This document shows positions 38,070-50,304 of a stretch of 64,000 nucleotides of DNA, in pieces. Source of the DNA: Alphaproteobacteria bacterium. GTDB lineage: Bacteria > Pseudomonadota > Alphaproteobacteria > Bin95. The stretch's first letter is position 1; every line of letters starts with the position of its first letter. The position numbers were made by a program, and so were the translations under genes. The notes beneath the pieces are model-generated. The model searched no databases. It saw only the letters and a list, made by a program, of their open reading frames with translations, and had not been told where the DNA came from. The stretch covers positions 2,112,001 to 2,176,000 of the forward strand of contig OZ224045.1 of the NCBI GenBank assembly GCA_963665325.3, given 5' to 3'.

Positions 38070-38860
38070 AGGAAGCGGAAGTTTTTCGCGACGAGGGCGT
38101 CGCCGTTTTGCGCGGCGTGCTCGACGCTGCATGGCTCGACCGGTTGGCCGAGGCGGTGGCCGCCAACATGGCATCGCCGGGGCCCTACGGACGCGACCAT
38201 GCCGAGCCGGGGCAGGGCAGCTATTTCGGCGACTATGTGAATTGGCATCGCTTCCCGGCCTATCTGGAGGTCGGGCGCGAGGGGCCGCTCGGTCGCCTCG
38301 CCGCGGCGCTCACCGGGGCCGAGCGGGTGCAGTTCTTCCACGAGCATGTGCTGGTGAAGGAGCCGGGGACCTCGCAGCCGACGCCCTGGCACCAGGACAT
38401 GCCCTATTACTGCATGTCCGGCGCGATGACGGTGAGCTTCTGGGTGCCGCTCGACCCGGTCCGCGCGGAAGTCTGCCCGCATTTCCTGGCCGGCAGCCAC
38501 CGCTCGCGCACCGCCTGGCTGCCGCGCCGCTTCAAGACCATGGCGGCGCTGGAGGGCGACACGAGCGAATACGAGCCATTCCCCGACATCGACGAGGCGG
38601 CGCAGGCAGAGGACATCCGCAGCTTCGACCTGGAGCCGGGCGACATTGTGGCGTTCGACTTCCACACCCTGCACAACGCCCCGCCCAACCGCGCGGCCAC
38701 GCGCCGCCGGGCGGTCAGCCTGCGCTATGTCGGCGAGGACGCTCGCTATCTCGACCGCCCCCACGCCGTCTCGCCGCCCTTCCCCGACCTCGGCCTTTGC
38801 GCCGCGCCGGGCGAACCGCTGCCGGACGACTGGTTTCCCGTGGTCTGGGAGCAGGGCTGA
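38066..38860 (+). CDS. Phytanoyl-CoA dioxygenase (PhyH) family Fe/2OG oxygenase
   Basis: VKEPG, TPWHQD, WVPLDPV, TLHNAPPN, RRA; TTG start inferred. Confidence 0.88.
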   Translation: MKEAEVFRDEGVAVLRGVLDAAWLDRLAEAVAANMASPGPYGRDHAEPGQGSYFGDYVNWHRFPAYLEVGREGPLGRLAAALTGAERVQFFHEHVLVKEPGTSQPTPWHQDMPYYCMSGAMTVSFWVPLDPVRAEVCPHFLAGSHRSRTAWLPRRFKTMAALEGDTSEYEPFPDIDEAAQAEDIRSFDLEPGDIVAFDFHTLHNAPPNRAATRRRAVSLRYVGEDARYLDRPHAVSPPFPDLGLCAAPGEPLPDDWFPVVWEQG

Positions 38861-38899
38861 GAAAAGTCCGCATCCGCACAGGACCTCGGGAGGCGAGCG

Positions 38900-39856
38900 A
38901 TGACCAGGCTGATTTCGGAGGAGAGCAGGGGCGTCTTCGTCATCATGGCGACCCCGTTCGCCGATGACGGAGCGCTCGACCTGCGAAGCGCGGACCGGCT
39001 GGTCGAGTTCTGCCTGGAGGAAGGCGTTTACGGGTTCACGCTGCTTGGCGTCATGGGCGAAGCGCCGAAACTCTCGCTTGAGGAGCAGGCCGAGTTCACG
39101 GACCATGTCCTGAAGCGCATTGACGGCCGGGTTCCGGTGATCGTCGGGGTGAGCAATCCCGGGATGGACAATCTGGTGGCGTTGTCGAAGAACGCGATGG
39201 ACCGGGGCGCGGGCGGTGTGATGGTCGCCGGCATGCCGGGGCTGAAGACCGATGAGCAGGTGGAGACCTACTTCCAGGCCGTCGGGGACCGGCTCGGCGA
39301 AGAGATTCCGGTCTGCCTGCAGGACTACCCGCCGACCACCACGGTGTTCATCTCGGTCCCCGTGGTGAACAGGCTGATCGCGAAGCTGCCCCAGCTAAAG
39401 ATGTTCAAGCATGAGGACTGCCCCGGCCATCGCAAGCTGACCCGCCTGAGGGAAGCGCCGGCAACCGACGGCGTGCGGCGGGTGAGCATCCTGACCGGCA
39501 ATAACGGCCTCTATGTGCCGCAGGAGCTTGCGCGGGGCGCCGACGGCATCATGACCGGCTTCGCTTTTACGGGCATGCTGGTCGAGGTCTATCGCCTGTT
39601 CGAGAGCGGCAGGGCGGAGGAAGCGGAGGACCTGTTCGACCTCTATCTGCCGGTGTTGAGGCACGAGGCGCAGTTCGGGGTCGGGTTGGCGCTCCGCAAG
39701 GAGGTGCTGCGCCGACGGGGCGCCATAGCATCCGCCAGAGCCCGCGACCCGGGCCCGAGCATGAACGCGAGGGACCACGCCGAACTGGACGGCCTGCTCG
39801 AACGTCTCAAGGCAAAGCTGGCCGCCGCAGGCCGCCCGCTCCCCGCCGGCATTTAG
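38900..39856 (+). CDS. Dihydrodipicolinate synthase family lyase
   Basis: ATPF, LGVMGE, LQDYP, KHED. Confidence 0.88.
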   Translation: MTRLISEESRGVFVIMATPFADDGALDLRSADRLVEFCLEEGVYGFTLLGVMGEAPKLSLEEQAEFTDHVLKRIDGRVPVIVGVSNPGMDNLVALSKNAMDRGAGGVMVAGMPGLKTDEQVETYFQAVGDRLGEEIPVCLQDYPPTTTVFISVPVVNRLIAKLPQLKMFKHEDCPGHRKLTRLREAPATDGVRRVSILTGNNGLYVPQELARGADGIMTGFAFTGMLVEVYRLFESGRAEEAEDLFDLYLPVLRHEAQFGVGLALRKEVLRRRGAIASARARDPGPSMNARDHAELDGLLERLKAKLAAAGRPLPAGI

Positions 39857-39928
39857 GCCGAGAGTATCGGCGCGGAAAAGTCCGAATCCGGGTGGACGGG
39901 CGGCAGCCGGGGCAGTAGGCCGGCAAGC

Positions 39929-40630
39929 ATGAGCGATGCAATCGACAGGCTGGATTGGCCGGCGTTGGGGGCGGACCTGTTGGAACGGGGCCATGCGCAG
40001 GCGGAGGACGTGCTTTCCCGGGATGCGTGCACGGCGTTGCGGGCCTGCTGGGAGCGGGACGAACTGTTCCGCCGGCGCATCGTCATGGCGCGGCATGGCT
40101 ATGGGGAAGGCGCCTACGCCTATTTCGCCGACCCGCTGCCGGAGGCGGTGCAGGCGCTGAGGGAGGGGCTCTACCGGCATCTCGCGCCGCTCGCCAACGA
40201 GGCCATGACCCGGCTCGGCAGGGCGGCGCGCTATCCGGCCGACCACGCGGCCTACCGGGCCGAGTGCCATGCGGCGGGACAGACCAAGCCGACGCCCCTG
40301 CTGCTGCGCTACGCGGAAGGGGGCTACAATCGCCTGCACCGCGACCTTTACGGCGAGCTCGCCTTCCCGTTCCAGGCGACCTTCCTGCTGTCGGAACCCG
40401 GTCTCGACTATACCGGCGGCGAGTTCCTGCTGGTCGAGAACAGGATGCGGATGCAGGCCAGGGGTGAGGCCGTGCCTCTGGAGCGGGGCGATATGGTCAT
40501 CTTTCCCGTGCGCGACCGGCCGGTGGCAGGCAAGCGCGGCCATGTCCGGGCGGAGATGCGCCACGGCGTTTCCCGGGTCCGTTCGGGCGAACGCTTCACG
40601 CTCGGCATCATCTTCCACGACGCCGCCTAA
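39929..40630 (+). CDS. 2OG-Fe(II) oxygenase (DUF2086-like)
   Basis: MARHGYGEG, PTPLLLRY, LHRDLYG, RHGVSRVRSGER. Confidence 0.88.
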   Translation: MSDAIDRLDWPALGADLLERGHAQAEDVLSRDACTALRACWERDELFRRRIVMARHGYGEGAYAYFADPLPEAVQALREGLYRHLAPLANEAMTRLGRAARYPADHAAYRAECHAAGQTKPTPLLLRYAEGGYNRLHRDLYGELAFPFQATFLLSEPGLDYTGGEFLLVENRMRMQARGEAVPLERGDMVIFPVRDRPVAGKRGHVRAEMRHGVSRVRSGERFTLGIIFHDAA

Positions 40631-40649
40631 CCTGGAATTCTCACCGATG

Positions 40650-41579
40650 TCATGGCTGCCGTTGCACGGGGCTGACCGTATCCGGCACGATTCCAGCGAT
40701 GATGTTCGCCAGGTTCTCGACCAGAGTCATGCGAGGATAGCCTTTCCGGTGCACCAGCCGGATCGTCCGCCCGGCAGTTCCGCTTCGTTCGCGGCGGATG
40801 GCGATGCCGGCATCCGCAGCCCAGCCGCCCGCCAGGCTCATGGCAGGGACCAGCGTAATGCCGTCGCCCGAGCCGACGAGCGCCAGGATCGTGGGCAGGC
40901 TCGTCTTCTGCGTCCTGGGACCGGACATGTCGAAGGGGCGTGACCGGTCCAGCTTGCACGCTTCGAAGACCTGGTCTCTCAGGCAATGGCCGTCGGATAG
41001 CAGCAGCAGTTCCTCCGGCTCGATCTGCTCGATATCGACAGTATCGTGGCGGCTCAACGGGTGCTCCTCGGGAACCGCCACCCAGAATGGCTCGTCATAA
41101 AGGACGACTTCCGAGAGGTTCGCGCGGGTCGGGGTCGTGGCGAGGATGGCAAGGTCGAGGCGGCCATCGGCCAGCTGCTGTTCCAGGTGGTCGGTGAAGT
41201 CCTCGATCAACTCCAGGCCCACCTCCGGCAGGCGGTGCTTCATGGCCGGCAACAACAACGGCGTCAGATACGGGCAGACCGTCGGAGGCATGCCAATCGT
41301 GCAGTCGCCGACGAGCGGGTCCTTGTGGGCCGCCGCGATCTTCTCCAGTTCCTCCACCTCGCGCAGAATTTCCCGGGCGCGTTCCACGATCCGGTCGCCG
41401 ATCGCCGTCACTCGCACATATCGCTTGGTACGCTCGAACACCTTCACGCCGAGTCGTTCCTCGAGCTTGCGCAACTGGCCGCTCAGGGCGGGCTGGCTGG
41501 CGTTGCAACGCTCCGCCGCCCGGCCGAAATGCAACTCCTCGGCGACAGCGACCAGATACTCGAGATCGCGGGTGTTCAT
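40650..41579 (-). CDS. oxyR: H2O2-sensing LysR regulator
   Basis: LysR HTH; redox pair GHCLRDQVFEAC; divergent from katG. Confidence 0.92.
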   Translation of the reverse strand: MNTRDLEYLVAVAEELHFGRAAERCNASQPALSGQLRKLEERLGVKVFERTKRYVRVTAIGDRIVERAREILREVEELEKIAAAHKDPLVGDCTIGMPPTVCPYLTPLLLPAMKHRLPEVGLELIEDFTDHLEQQLADGRLDLAILATTPTRANLSEVVLYDEPFWVAVPEEHPLSRHDTVDIEQIEPEELLLLSDGHCLRDQVFEACKLDRSRPFDMSGPRTQKTSLPTILALVGSGDGITLVPAMSLAGGWAADAGIAIRRERSGTAGRTIRLVHRKGYPRMTLVENLANIIAGIVPDTVSPVQRQP

Positions 41580-41625
41580 GACGGTATTTCCTCCGATCCA
41601 TGCCGGGCGTCAGCTTACATTTCTA

Positions 41626-41691
41626 ATCGGAATTATCGATAAAAACAATGTTTATCGCTTATTTGACTTATTTCAGATGCCGGAATATCTT
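41626..41691 (+). promoter_or_regulatory. OxyR site and katG promoter
   Basis: ATCG-N7-CGAT-N7-ATGT-N7-TTAT (41626-62) directly followed by TTGACT-17-TATCTT. Confidence 0.75.
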
Positions 41692-41801
41692 TTGCTCCCG
41701 AGCCCTGCCGCGAGCTGCTGCGTCGGGGTCATAACGGGTTGGCCGAGAGGGAGGCGCAGCCTCTTCCGGCGTTCCGAACGGCACGGATGACGAGACGATG
41801 A

Positions 41802-44024
<2,223 letters not shown>

Positions 44025-44047
44025 CCTTCGCGAAGGTCCACGTAAGG

Positions 44048-44078
44048 GGCCCCCGGGCAATCCGCCCGGGGGCCTTTT
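44048..44078 (+). terminator. Intrinsic terminator after katG
   Basis: GGCCCCCGGGC-AATCC-GCCCGGGGGCC-TTTT. Confidence 0.8.
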
Positions 44079-44172
44079 GCTTGGGAAGGACAATCGTGCG
44101 GGGAGGCGCTACAGGCCGCGACAACAGCAATGAACACGCGTTAGACTGGTGAAGGACAGGAGGGTTCGAACG

Positions 44173-45255
44173 ATGGGATATCCCGATGCGCCTGTGCCGA
44201 TCCGCGCCGACATTCTGGCGGCCCATGCCCGCGCCTGGGCGTGGATCGCGGCTCCTGGCAACTGGCTGACCGGCGCCGAGCGGGTTGCCATAGCGGCTGA
44301 GACCCGCCATGCGCTGGACTGCCAGCTCTGTGCGGCGCGTAAGGAGGCGCTCTCGCCCGAGGCGGTCGCCGGCGAGCATGACGGACCGGGCATTCTCGAG
44401 CCGCCAATGGTGGAAATCGTCCACCGTATCGTTACGGATCCCGCGCGCCTGACACGTCGCTGGTTCCAGGCGCGGCAGGCCGAGGGCATCGAGGACACGC
44501 GCTATGTGGAGACGGTAGGCGTCGCGGCAGTCACCGTTTCGCTCGACACCTTCGCCCGCTCGATGGGCGTGGCGCCGCGCCGGCTGCCGGAGCCTGGGCC
44601 CGGAGAGCCGTCAGGCTATCGGCCTGCCTCGGCGCGCATGGAGGAGGCCTGGGTGCCGCTGATCGTGCATGGCGAGGAAAGCGGCGCCGAGGCAGACCTT
44701 TATTCGGGTTCGAAGGGCGCCTACATCCTCATGGCGCTCTCCTTGGTGCCACAGGCCAAGCGGGCATTTTTCGATCTCGTCGAGACGCAATATCTACCGG
44801 GCCGCTGGATGCGCATATTCGACGTCGAACACCGCGCCATCAGCCACGCGCAGATCGAGTTTCTGGCCGCAAGGATTTCCGCGCTCAACCAATGCGTTTA
44901 CTGAACCACCAGCCATGCGCTGCTGCTCCGTGAGAGCAGCCGGACAACAGGCAAGAGCTATGATCTGGACGCAATCGTAAACGGCGGCGGCGGCGGGGTC
45001 GCGGCGGGCGAGGAACTCGCGGCGTTCGCCGAGGCCGTTGCCGGGGACGCCGATATGGCCGCAGCCATATCGGCGCTGCGGCGCGCGGTCGGGGATGACG
45101 GCTGGGTGGATGCGGCGGGCGTGGCTGCAACCTTCAACGCCATCGACCGGGTTGCGGACGCGACCGGCATTCCGCTCGAGCCCCGCAAGGCGGAGGTGAG
45201 CGCCGATTTCCGGGGTGCGCTCGAAATCGACGACTGGGCCGAAGCGCGCGGGTAG
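44173..45255 (+). CDS. AhpD-like alkylhydroperoxidase-related selenoprotein (UGA at 44902-04 read as Sec)
   Basis: EFLAARISALNQCVY-TGA-TTSH gives a CxxU motif; the frame stays open for 116 more codons (FNAIDRVADATGIPLE); SECIS-like hairpin downstream. Confidence 0.8.
44922..44940 (+). promoter_or_regulatory. Putative bacterial SECIS hairpin
   Basis: GCTGCTC-CGTGA-GAGCAGC, loop about 25 nt after the UGA with G at loop position 2. Confidence 0.7.
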
Positions 45256-45267
45256 GGAGGGACTTTC

Positions 45268-46638
45268 ATGATCGAACGCAAGCGCGACGATGAGTTCGTC
45301 GTCGTCTCCAATGGGATGCTGGGCTACGGCTTTCGCGAAGAATCGCTCCGGGACGCCGTGGAGGCTGGCGTGGACCTCATAGCATGCGATGCGGGGTCGA
45401 GCGATCCGGGGCCGTACTATCTGGGCACGGGCAAGCCCTTTGTCGGCGACGCGATGATCCTGCGCGACCTGCGCCTGCTGGTGCAGGCGGGCGCGGATGC
45501 GGGCGTGCCGCTTGTCATCGGCTCCGCCGGTGGGGCAGGCGGCGACGGGCAGGTGGACCACCTGCTGGCGCTGCTGCGCCGGGTGCTGGAGGAACTGGGA
45601 CTCGACCGGAAGGTGGCCGTGCTGCGCTCGGAGCTCGACCGGGAGACGGTGCGCGGAGCGGTCGAGGACGGGCGCGTTCGCACCTTCGAGACCGGCATGG
45701 CGCTAACGGTCGAGGATGTCGATGCCGCCGCCCATATCGTGGCGCAGGTCGGCCCGGAATCCTATTTCCGGGCGCTCGCCGACGGGCCGGACATCCTGGT
45801 CGTTGGCCGGGCCTGGGACGTGTCCAACATCGCCGCGCTGCCGCTGATGCAGGGCCATGACCGCGGCCTCGCGCTGCATATGGGCAAGATCCTCGAATGT
45901 GGCAGCCTGGCCGCGCGCCCGACCGGCGGCGGCGACCTCATTCTCGGGCGGCTCCGGGACGACCATTTCATTGTCGAGCCGACCCATCCGGAAAAGGCCT
46001 GCACCGAGGCCTCCGTCTCGGCGCACACCTTCTACGAGAAATCGGACCCGGTGATGTTGGCGGGGCCGGGCGGCTCGGTCGATCTGCGCCGGACACGGTT
46101 CGACCAGATCGATCCGCGTCGCATCCGCGTCTCGGGCAGCGCCTTCCAGGAGGCCGAACGGTACACGGTCAAACTGGAGGGCGCCCGGCTCGCGGGGCAC
46201 CGGGCATTGACGGTCGGCGGTGCGCGCGACCCGGCCTTCATCCGTTCCATCGACGCGATCCAGCAAGCTGTCAGGGACAAGATCCACGAGACCCAGTCCG
46301 GCTTCATCGACCCCTCGCAATACAGCATTACCTTCCATCGCTACGGCTTGGACGGGGTAATGGGCGCCTGGGAGCCGAACCGGCAGGCTGCACACGAGAT
46401 CGGCATCCTGATCGATGTCGTGGCGGAAACCCCGGAGATTGCCGAAGCGGTCTGCGGCCTTGCACGTTCGACCATCCTGCATGTGCCCTTCGAGGGCAGG
46501 CGGGCGACGGCGGGCAACATCGCCTTCCCGTTTTCGCCGGCGGAGATTCCGGCCGGGCCAGTCTACGAATTCAACATCTATCACCTGATGGAAATCGGCG
46601 ACCCGGAGAGCTTCGGACGGCTCGAATGGCTGCAATGA
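45268..46638 (+). CDS. AtuA/DUF1446-like protein
   Basis: GMLGYGF, DAGSSDPGPYYLG, GSAGGAG, GKILECG, HTFYEKSDP. Confidence 0.85.
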   Translation: MIERKRDDEFVVVSNGMLGYGFREESLRDAVEAGVDLIACDAGSSDPGPYYLGTGKPFVGDAMILRDLRLLVQAGADAGVPLVIGSAGGAGGDGQVDHLLALLRRVLEELGLDRKVAVLRSELDRETVRGAVEDGRVRTFETGMALTVEDVDAAAHIVAQVGPESYFRALADGPDILVVGRAWDVSNIAALPLMQGHDRGLALHMGKILECGSLAARPTGGGDLILGRLRDDHFIVEPTHPEKACTEASVSAHTFYEKSDPVMLAGPGGSVDLRRTRFDQIDPRRIRVSGSAFQEAERYTVKLEGARLAGHRALTVGGARDPAFIRSIDAIQQAVRDKIHETQSGFIDPSQYSITFHRYGLDGVMGAWEPNRQAAHEIGILIDVVAETPEIAEAVCGLARSTILHVPFEGRRATAGNIAFPFSPAEIPAGPVYEFNIYHLMEIGDPESFGRLEWLQ

Positions 46639-46949
46639 GGACGCTCGGGGAGCTCGCGGAGGTCATCCGGTCCAAGAATGCGGGCCCCTTCATCGTGACC
46701 TTCGACATCCTGTTCGACACCGAGGAGACGTTCGAGGCGGTCCGGTCGGCGGGAATGCTGAGCCGCCAGGCGGTCTGCAAGCTCTACGGCGTCTCCGACA
46801 ACGAGCTGCTCGGGTTCGACTTCTATCCCTTCGCGCGGGCGGTCAAGTTCTCGCTCCGGCGCCCCGTCGGCTCCGGCGGCCCGCGCGACGCGGATGTCTA
46901 TGGCGCGCAGCAGCACGCCCCCCTGCTCGATCTCGCCGTCCTGCCCTGA
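46635..46949 (+). CDS. DUF4387 family protein
   Basis: IRSKNAGPFIVTFDI, DVYGAQQH; ATGA overlap. Confidence 0.85.
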   Translation: MRTLGELAEVIRSKNAGPFIVTFDILFDTEETFEAVRSAGMLSRQAVCKLYGVSDNELLGFDFYPFARAVKFSLRRPVGSGGPRDADVYGAQQHAPLLDLAVLP

Positions 46950-46952
46950 CCG

Positions 46953-47795
46953 TTACCTGGCGGCGATGGCTTCGCTGGCGGCCCAGAGGCGTTCCTGGTC
47001 TTCGACTGAGAGCGAGGCGGGAGAGGAGGGGACTTCCTTGCCGTCGGAGAAGTAGCGCCCGCTGACGCCCTCCAGCGCCGGGTCGGAGGCGAGCCGGATG
47101 TTGAGTTCCGCGCCTTCCTCGACGCCGATGGCGCCGCTGACCCGGAACGCCAGTTTCAGCCCATTGCGGAACAGCCAGCCATTGTTGCTGCCGAAACGGC
47201 TCGCCACCAGGCCCGGATGCAGCGCGTTGACCGTGACCGGGCTGCCCTCCAGCCGCCGCGCCAGCGCATAGGCGAACATCACATTGGCAAGCTTGGAACG
47301 GCTGTAGGCGGTCCGCACGCTGTAGCGGCGCTCGCATTGCAGGTCGTCGAAGTCCAGTTCGGCCCGCCGGTGGGCAATGGAGGCGACGACGACGATGCGC
47401 CCCGCCTCCGCCGCTCTCAGCCGATTTAGCAGCAGGTTGGTGAGCAGGAAATAGCTCATGTGGTTGAGGGCGAATGTGGCTTCGAGGCCGTCCGCCGTCA
47501 CCTGCCGCCGCGAGAAGATGGCGCCGGCATTGTTCACCAGCACATCCAGCCGTTCGGTCGACTCGGCGATGTTGCGGGCGAGACGGCGGCTTTCGTCCAG
47601 AAGCGAGAGGTCGGCACGTTCGAAGCGGACCTCTGCGCCAGGCACCTCTGTCCGGATCGCCCGCGCCGCCTGCTCGCCGCGCTGCGGGTTGCGGCCGACA
47701 ATGGTGACGGCCGCACCCTTCTCTGCAAGCACGCGGGCGGTGACGAAACCGATACCGGTCGTGCCTCCGGTGACGAGTGCGGTCTTGCCCTGCAT
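46953..47795 (-). CDS. SDR family (retinol dehydrogenase-like) oxidoreductase
   Basis: TGGTTGIG, VNNAG, YSRSK, LHPG. Confidence 0.9.
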   Translation of the reverse strand: MQGKTALVTGGTTGIGFVTARVLAEKGAAVTIVGRNPQRGEQAARAIRTEVPGAEVRFERADLSLLDESRRLARNIAESTERLDVLVNNAGAIFSRRQVTADGLEATFALNHMSYFLLTNLLLNRLRAAEAGRIVVVASIAHRRAELDFDDLQCERRYSVRTAYSRSKLANVMFAYALARRLEGSPVTVNALHPGLVASRFGSNNGWLFRNGLKLAFRVSGAIGVEEGAELNIRLASDPALEGVSGRYFSDGKEVPSSPASLSVEDQERLWAASEAIAAR

Positions 47796-47845
47796 GGAAC
47801 CGGAGTTTACAGGCTGCAGGCGCAATCGGGAACGAGGAGGCCGTC

Positions 47846-49105
47846 ATGGTGCTGGAACGCGTCGCGGCAGGCGTGGACGAAGCCGGGCTCTGGAAGATGC
47901 ATGAGGATATGGCGCGCTTCGGGGCGACGGCCAAGGGCGGCGTGTGCCGCGAGGCGCTGACGCCGGAAGACTTCGAGGCGCGCCGCCTTTTTGCCGAATG
48001 GGGCAGGGATGCCGGCTTTTCGCTGGCGGTGGACGCCATTGGCAACATGTTCCTGCGCCGCGAGGGGCTGGACCCGGACCTGCTGCCCGTAACGACCGGC
48101 TCGCATCTGGATTCCCAGCCGACGGGCGGGCGGTTCGACGGCAGTTTCGGCGTGCTGGCCGGGCTGGAGGCGCTGTTCGCTCTGGAGCGCGCGGGCGTGC
48201 GGACCCGCGCGCCGGTAGAGGTCGTCAACTGGACCAATGAAGAGGGCGGGCGCTTCGTGCCGGGCGTGATGGGTTCGGGCGTCTATGCGGACCCGCCGAC
48301 CCTGCAGACCATGCTGGAGGTGCGCGACAAGACGGGCGCGCGGCTCGGCGACGAGCTCGGAAAGCTGGGTCCGCTGCTGTCCTCTGTCGGCCCCGTGGGC
48401 GAGCGGGCGCTGGCCGCGCCGATGGGCGCCTTCATCGAAGGCCATATCGAGCAGGCGCCTCGCCTGGAGGAGACCGGGAACACCATCGGCGTCGTCACAG
48501 GCATCCAGGGCACGCGCAAGTTCCAGGTCGAGGTAATGGGCGAGGAGGCCCATGCCGGAACGACCCCTCGGCGGCGGCGCAAAGACGCCGTGCTGGCGGC
48601 CGCCTGCATGGTCCAGGCGCTGCACCGGATGATGGAGGACGCCGACGACCTGCTGCGGTTCACCATCGGGGCGTTCGAGGCATTCCCGGGCGCGCCTTCC
48701 GTCGTGCCGGGGCGGGTGCGCTTCTCCATCGATTTCCGACATCCGGACGACGACCTCCGGGCCCGGCTGGGCGACGCCATCCAGCCGCTCTGCGAGGCGC
48801 TGGCGGGGCCGTGCGGCGTGAGCATCGAGGAGCCGCAGGCCGCGTCCTCCGTCGATTTCCACGGGGCGGCGATCGACGCCGTGCGCCATGCCGTCGAAGT
48901 GGTGGGCGCGTCCCACATGGACCTCTATTCCGGCGCCGGCCACGATGCGCGCAACATGGCCATGCTCTGCCCTTCGGCCATGGTGTTCGTGCCGTGCGAA
49001 AAGGGGATCAGCCACAATGAGGCGGAAAACGCCAAACCCCAAGACCTGGCCGAAGGCGCCAGAGTCATCGCGGTTGCGCTCGCCGAGCTTGCCGGTGCGG
49101 AGTGA
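47846..49105 (+). CDS. M20 Zn-dependent amidohydrolase (N-carbamoyl-amino acid hydrolase-like)
   Basis: GSHLDSQPTGGRFDG, TNEEG, HIEQ, HAGTTP, SGAGHDA, GISHNE. Confidence 0.92.
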   Translation: MVLERVAAGVDEAGLWKMHEDMARFGATAKGGVCREALTPEDFEARRLFAEWGRDAGFSLAVDAIGNMFLRREGLDPDLLPVTTGSHLDSQPTGGRFDGSFGVLAGLEALFALERAGVRTRAPVEVVNWTNEEGGRFVPGVMGSGVYADPPTLQTMLEVRDKTGARLGDELGKLGPLLSSVGPVGERALAAPMGAFIEGHIEQAPRLEETGNTIGVVTGIQGTRKFQVEVMGEEAHAGTTPRRRRKDAVLAAACMVQALHRMMEDADDLLRFTIGAFEAFPGAPSVVPGRVRFSIDFRHPDDDLRARLGDAIQPLCEALAGPCGVSIEEPQAASSVDFHGAAIDAVRHAVEVVGASHMDLYSGAGHDARNMAMLCPSAMVFVPCEKGISHNEAENAKPQDLAEGARVIAVALAELAGAE

Positions 49106-49168
49106 CGCTTGTCGCGGGCCGTGTCGCGCTGACCTGAAGAACCGATTCGAAGCACCGGGGTGCACGTC

Positions 49169-50089
49169 ATGATTCAACAAGCCAATGAGCGGGTCGCCTA
49201 TCACAATGGCGAAATCAAGCCCGAGAGCCGGGTGCTCGTGTCGTTCCGCGACCGCGGGTTCAAGTACGGCGAGGCGGTATTCGACACGGCACGAACCGTC
49301 CGGCACAAGCCGTTCAGGCTTGAGGAGCATATCGACCGGCTCTACCGCTCGATGCGCTATCTCCAGATCGACTCGGGCCTCGGCAAGGGCGAGATGCTGT
49401 CCATCTCCCATGAGGTGCTGGAGCGCAACCTGCACCTGATCGGTCCGGACGAGGATTACTGGCTGTTCCAGCGGGTGAGCCCCGGTGTCTCGGATCCTTT
49501 TCTGAGCGACGGAAAGGCCAGGCCCACGGTCATCGTCGAGTGCACGCCGCTGCCGCTTCAGGCCCGTGCGCCGCTCTACCGGGATGGCGTTCGCGTGCAG
49601 ATACCGGCGACCCGGCGCACGCCGCCCGACGCGGTCAGCCCGAGGGCCAAGACCCAGAACTACATCAACCTCCAGATCGCGGACCGCGAGGTGCGCGCCC
49701 AGGACCCGCAAGCCTGGGCCATCCTTCTCGACCATGACGGCAATCTCGCGGAAGGGCTCGGCAGCAACATCTTCTTCGTGCGCGATGGCGAGCTGTTTAC
49801 CCCGCGGGCCCGGTTCGTGCTGCCGGGCATCAGCCGCGAAACGGTGATCGAGCTGGCGGAGGCGGAAGGCATCGCCGTGCACGAGACCGACCTCGACCTC
49901 TTCGATGCGTTCACCAGCGACGAATGCTTCCTGACATCGACGAGCCTGTGCATGGTGCCGGTGGCGTCGGTCAACGGCCGCTCCATCGGCGGGGGCAGCG
50001 TGCCCGGGCCGGTGACGGCGCGCCTCATGGAAGCCTACAAGCGGCTGCTCGATTTCGACTTCGTGGCGCAATACACGGACAAGCTGTAG
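49169..50089 (+). CDS. Class IV PLP aminotransferase
   Basis: DRGFKYGEAVFDT, KTQNY, EGLGSNIF, LPGISR. Confidence 0.92.
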   Translation: MIQQANERVAYHNGEIKPESRVLVSFRDRGFKYGEAVFDTARTVRHKPFRLEEHIDRLYRSMRYLQIDSGLGKGEMLSISHEVLERNLHLIGPDEDYWLFQRVSPGVSDPFLSDGKARPTVIVECTPLPLQARAPLYRDGVRVQIPATRRTPPDAVSPRAKTQNYINLQIADREVRAQDPQAWAILLDHDGNLAEGLGSNIFFVRDGELFTPRARFVLPGISRETVIELAEAEGIAVHETDLDLFDAFTSDECFLTSTSLCMVPVASVNGRSIGGGSVPGPVTARLMEAYKRLLDFDFVAQYTDKL

Positions 50090-50097
50090 CGCGCGGG

Positions 50098-50142
50098 TGG
50101 CGACCCCGGCAGGACTCGAACCTGCGACCTACGGATTAGGAA
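50098..50142. repeat. att core: duplicated 3' 45 bp of tRNA-Arg (partner at 56659-56703)
   Basis: TGGCGACCCCGGCAGGACTCGAACCTGCGACCTACGGATTAGGAA at both positions. Confidence 0.95.
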
Positions 50143-50304
50143 ACTGTAATTTATCGTTTACCGATACATACCGACCCTTACCGGTGTGTCACATACTCCA
50201 CTGATTTCATGCGATAATTTCGGCATATATTTTACCTTGGCTTACCGGAGCGCCCCGGCTTATACTGGCGAAATGCTGACACGGTGCTGACACGGGAGGC
50301 TGAC

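Noticed and set aside
50098-50142. Second tRNA gene
   Set aside because: Only the 3' 45 nt are present; it is the att duplication
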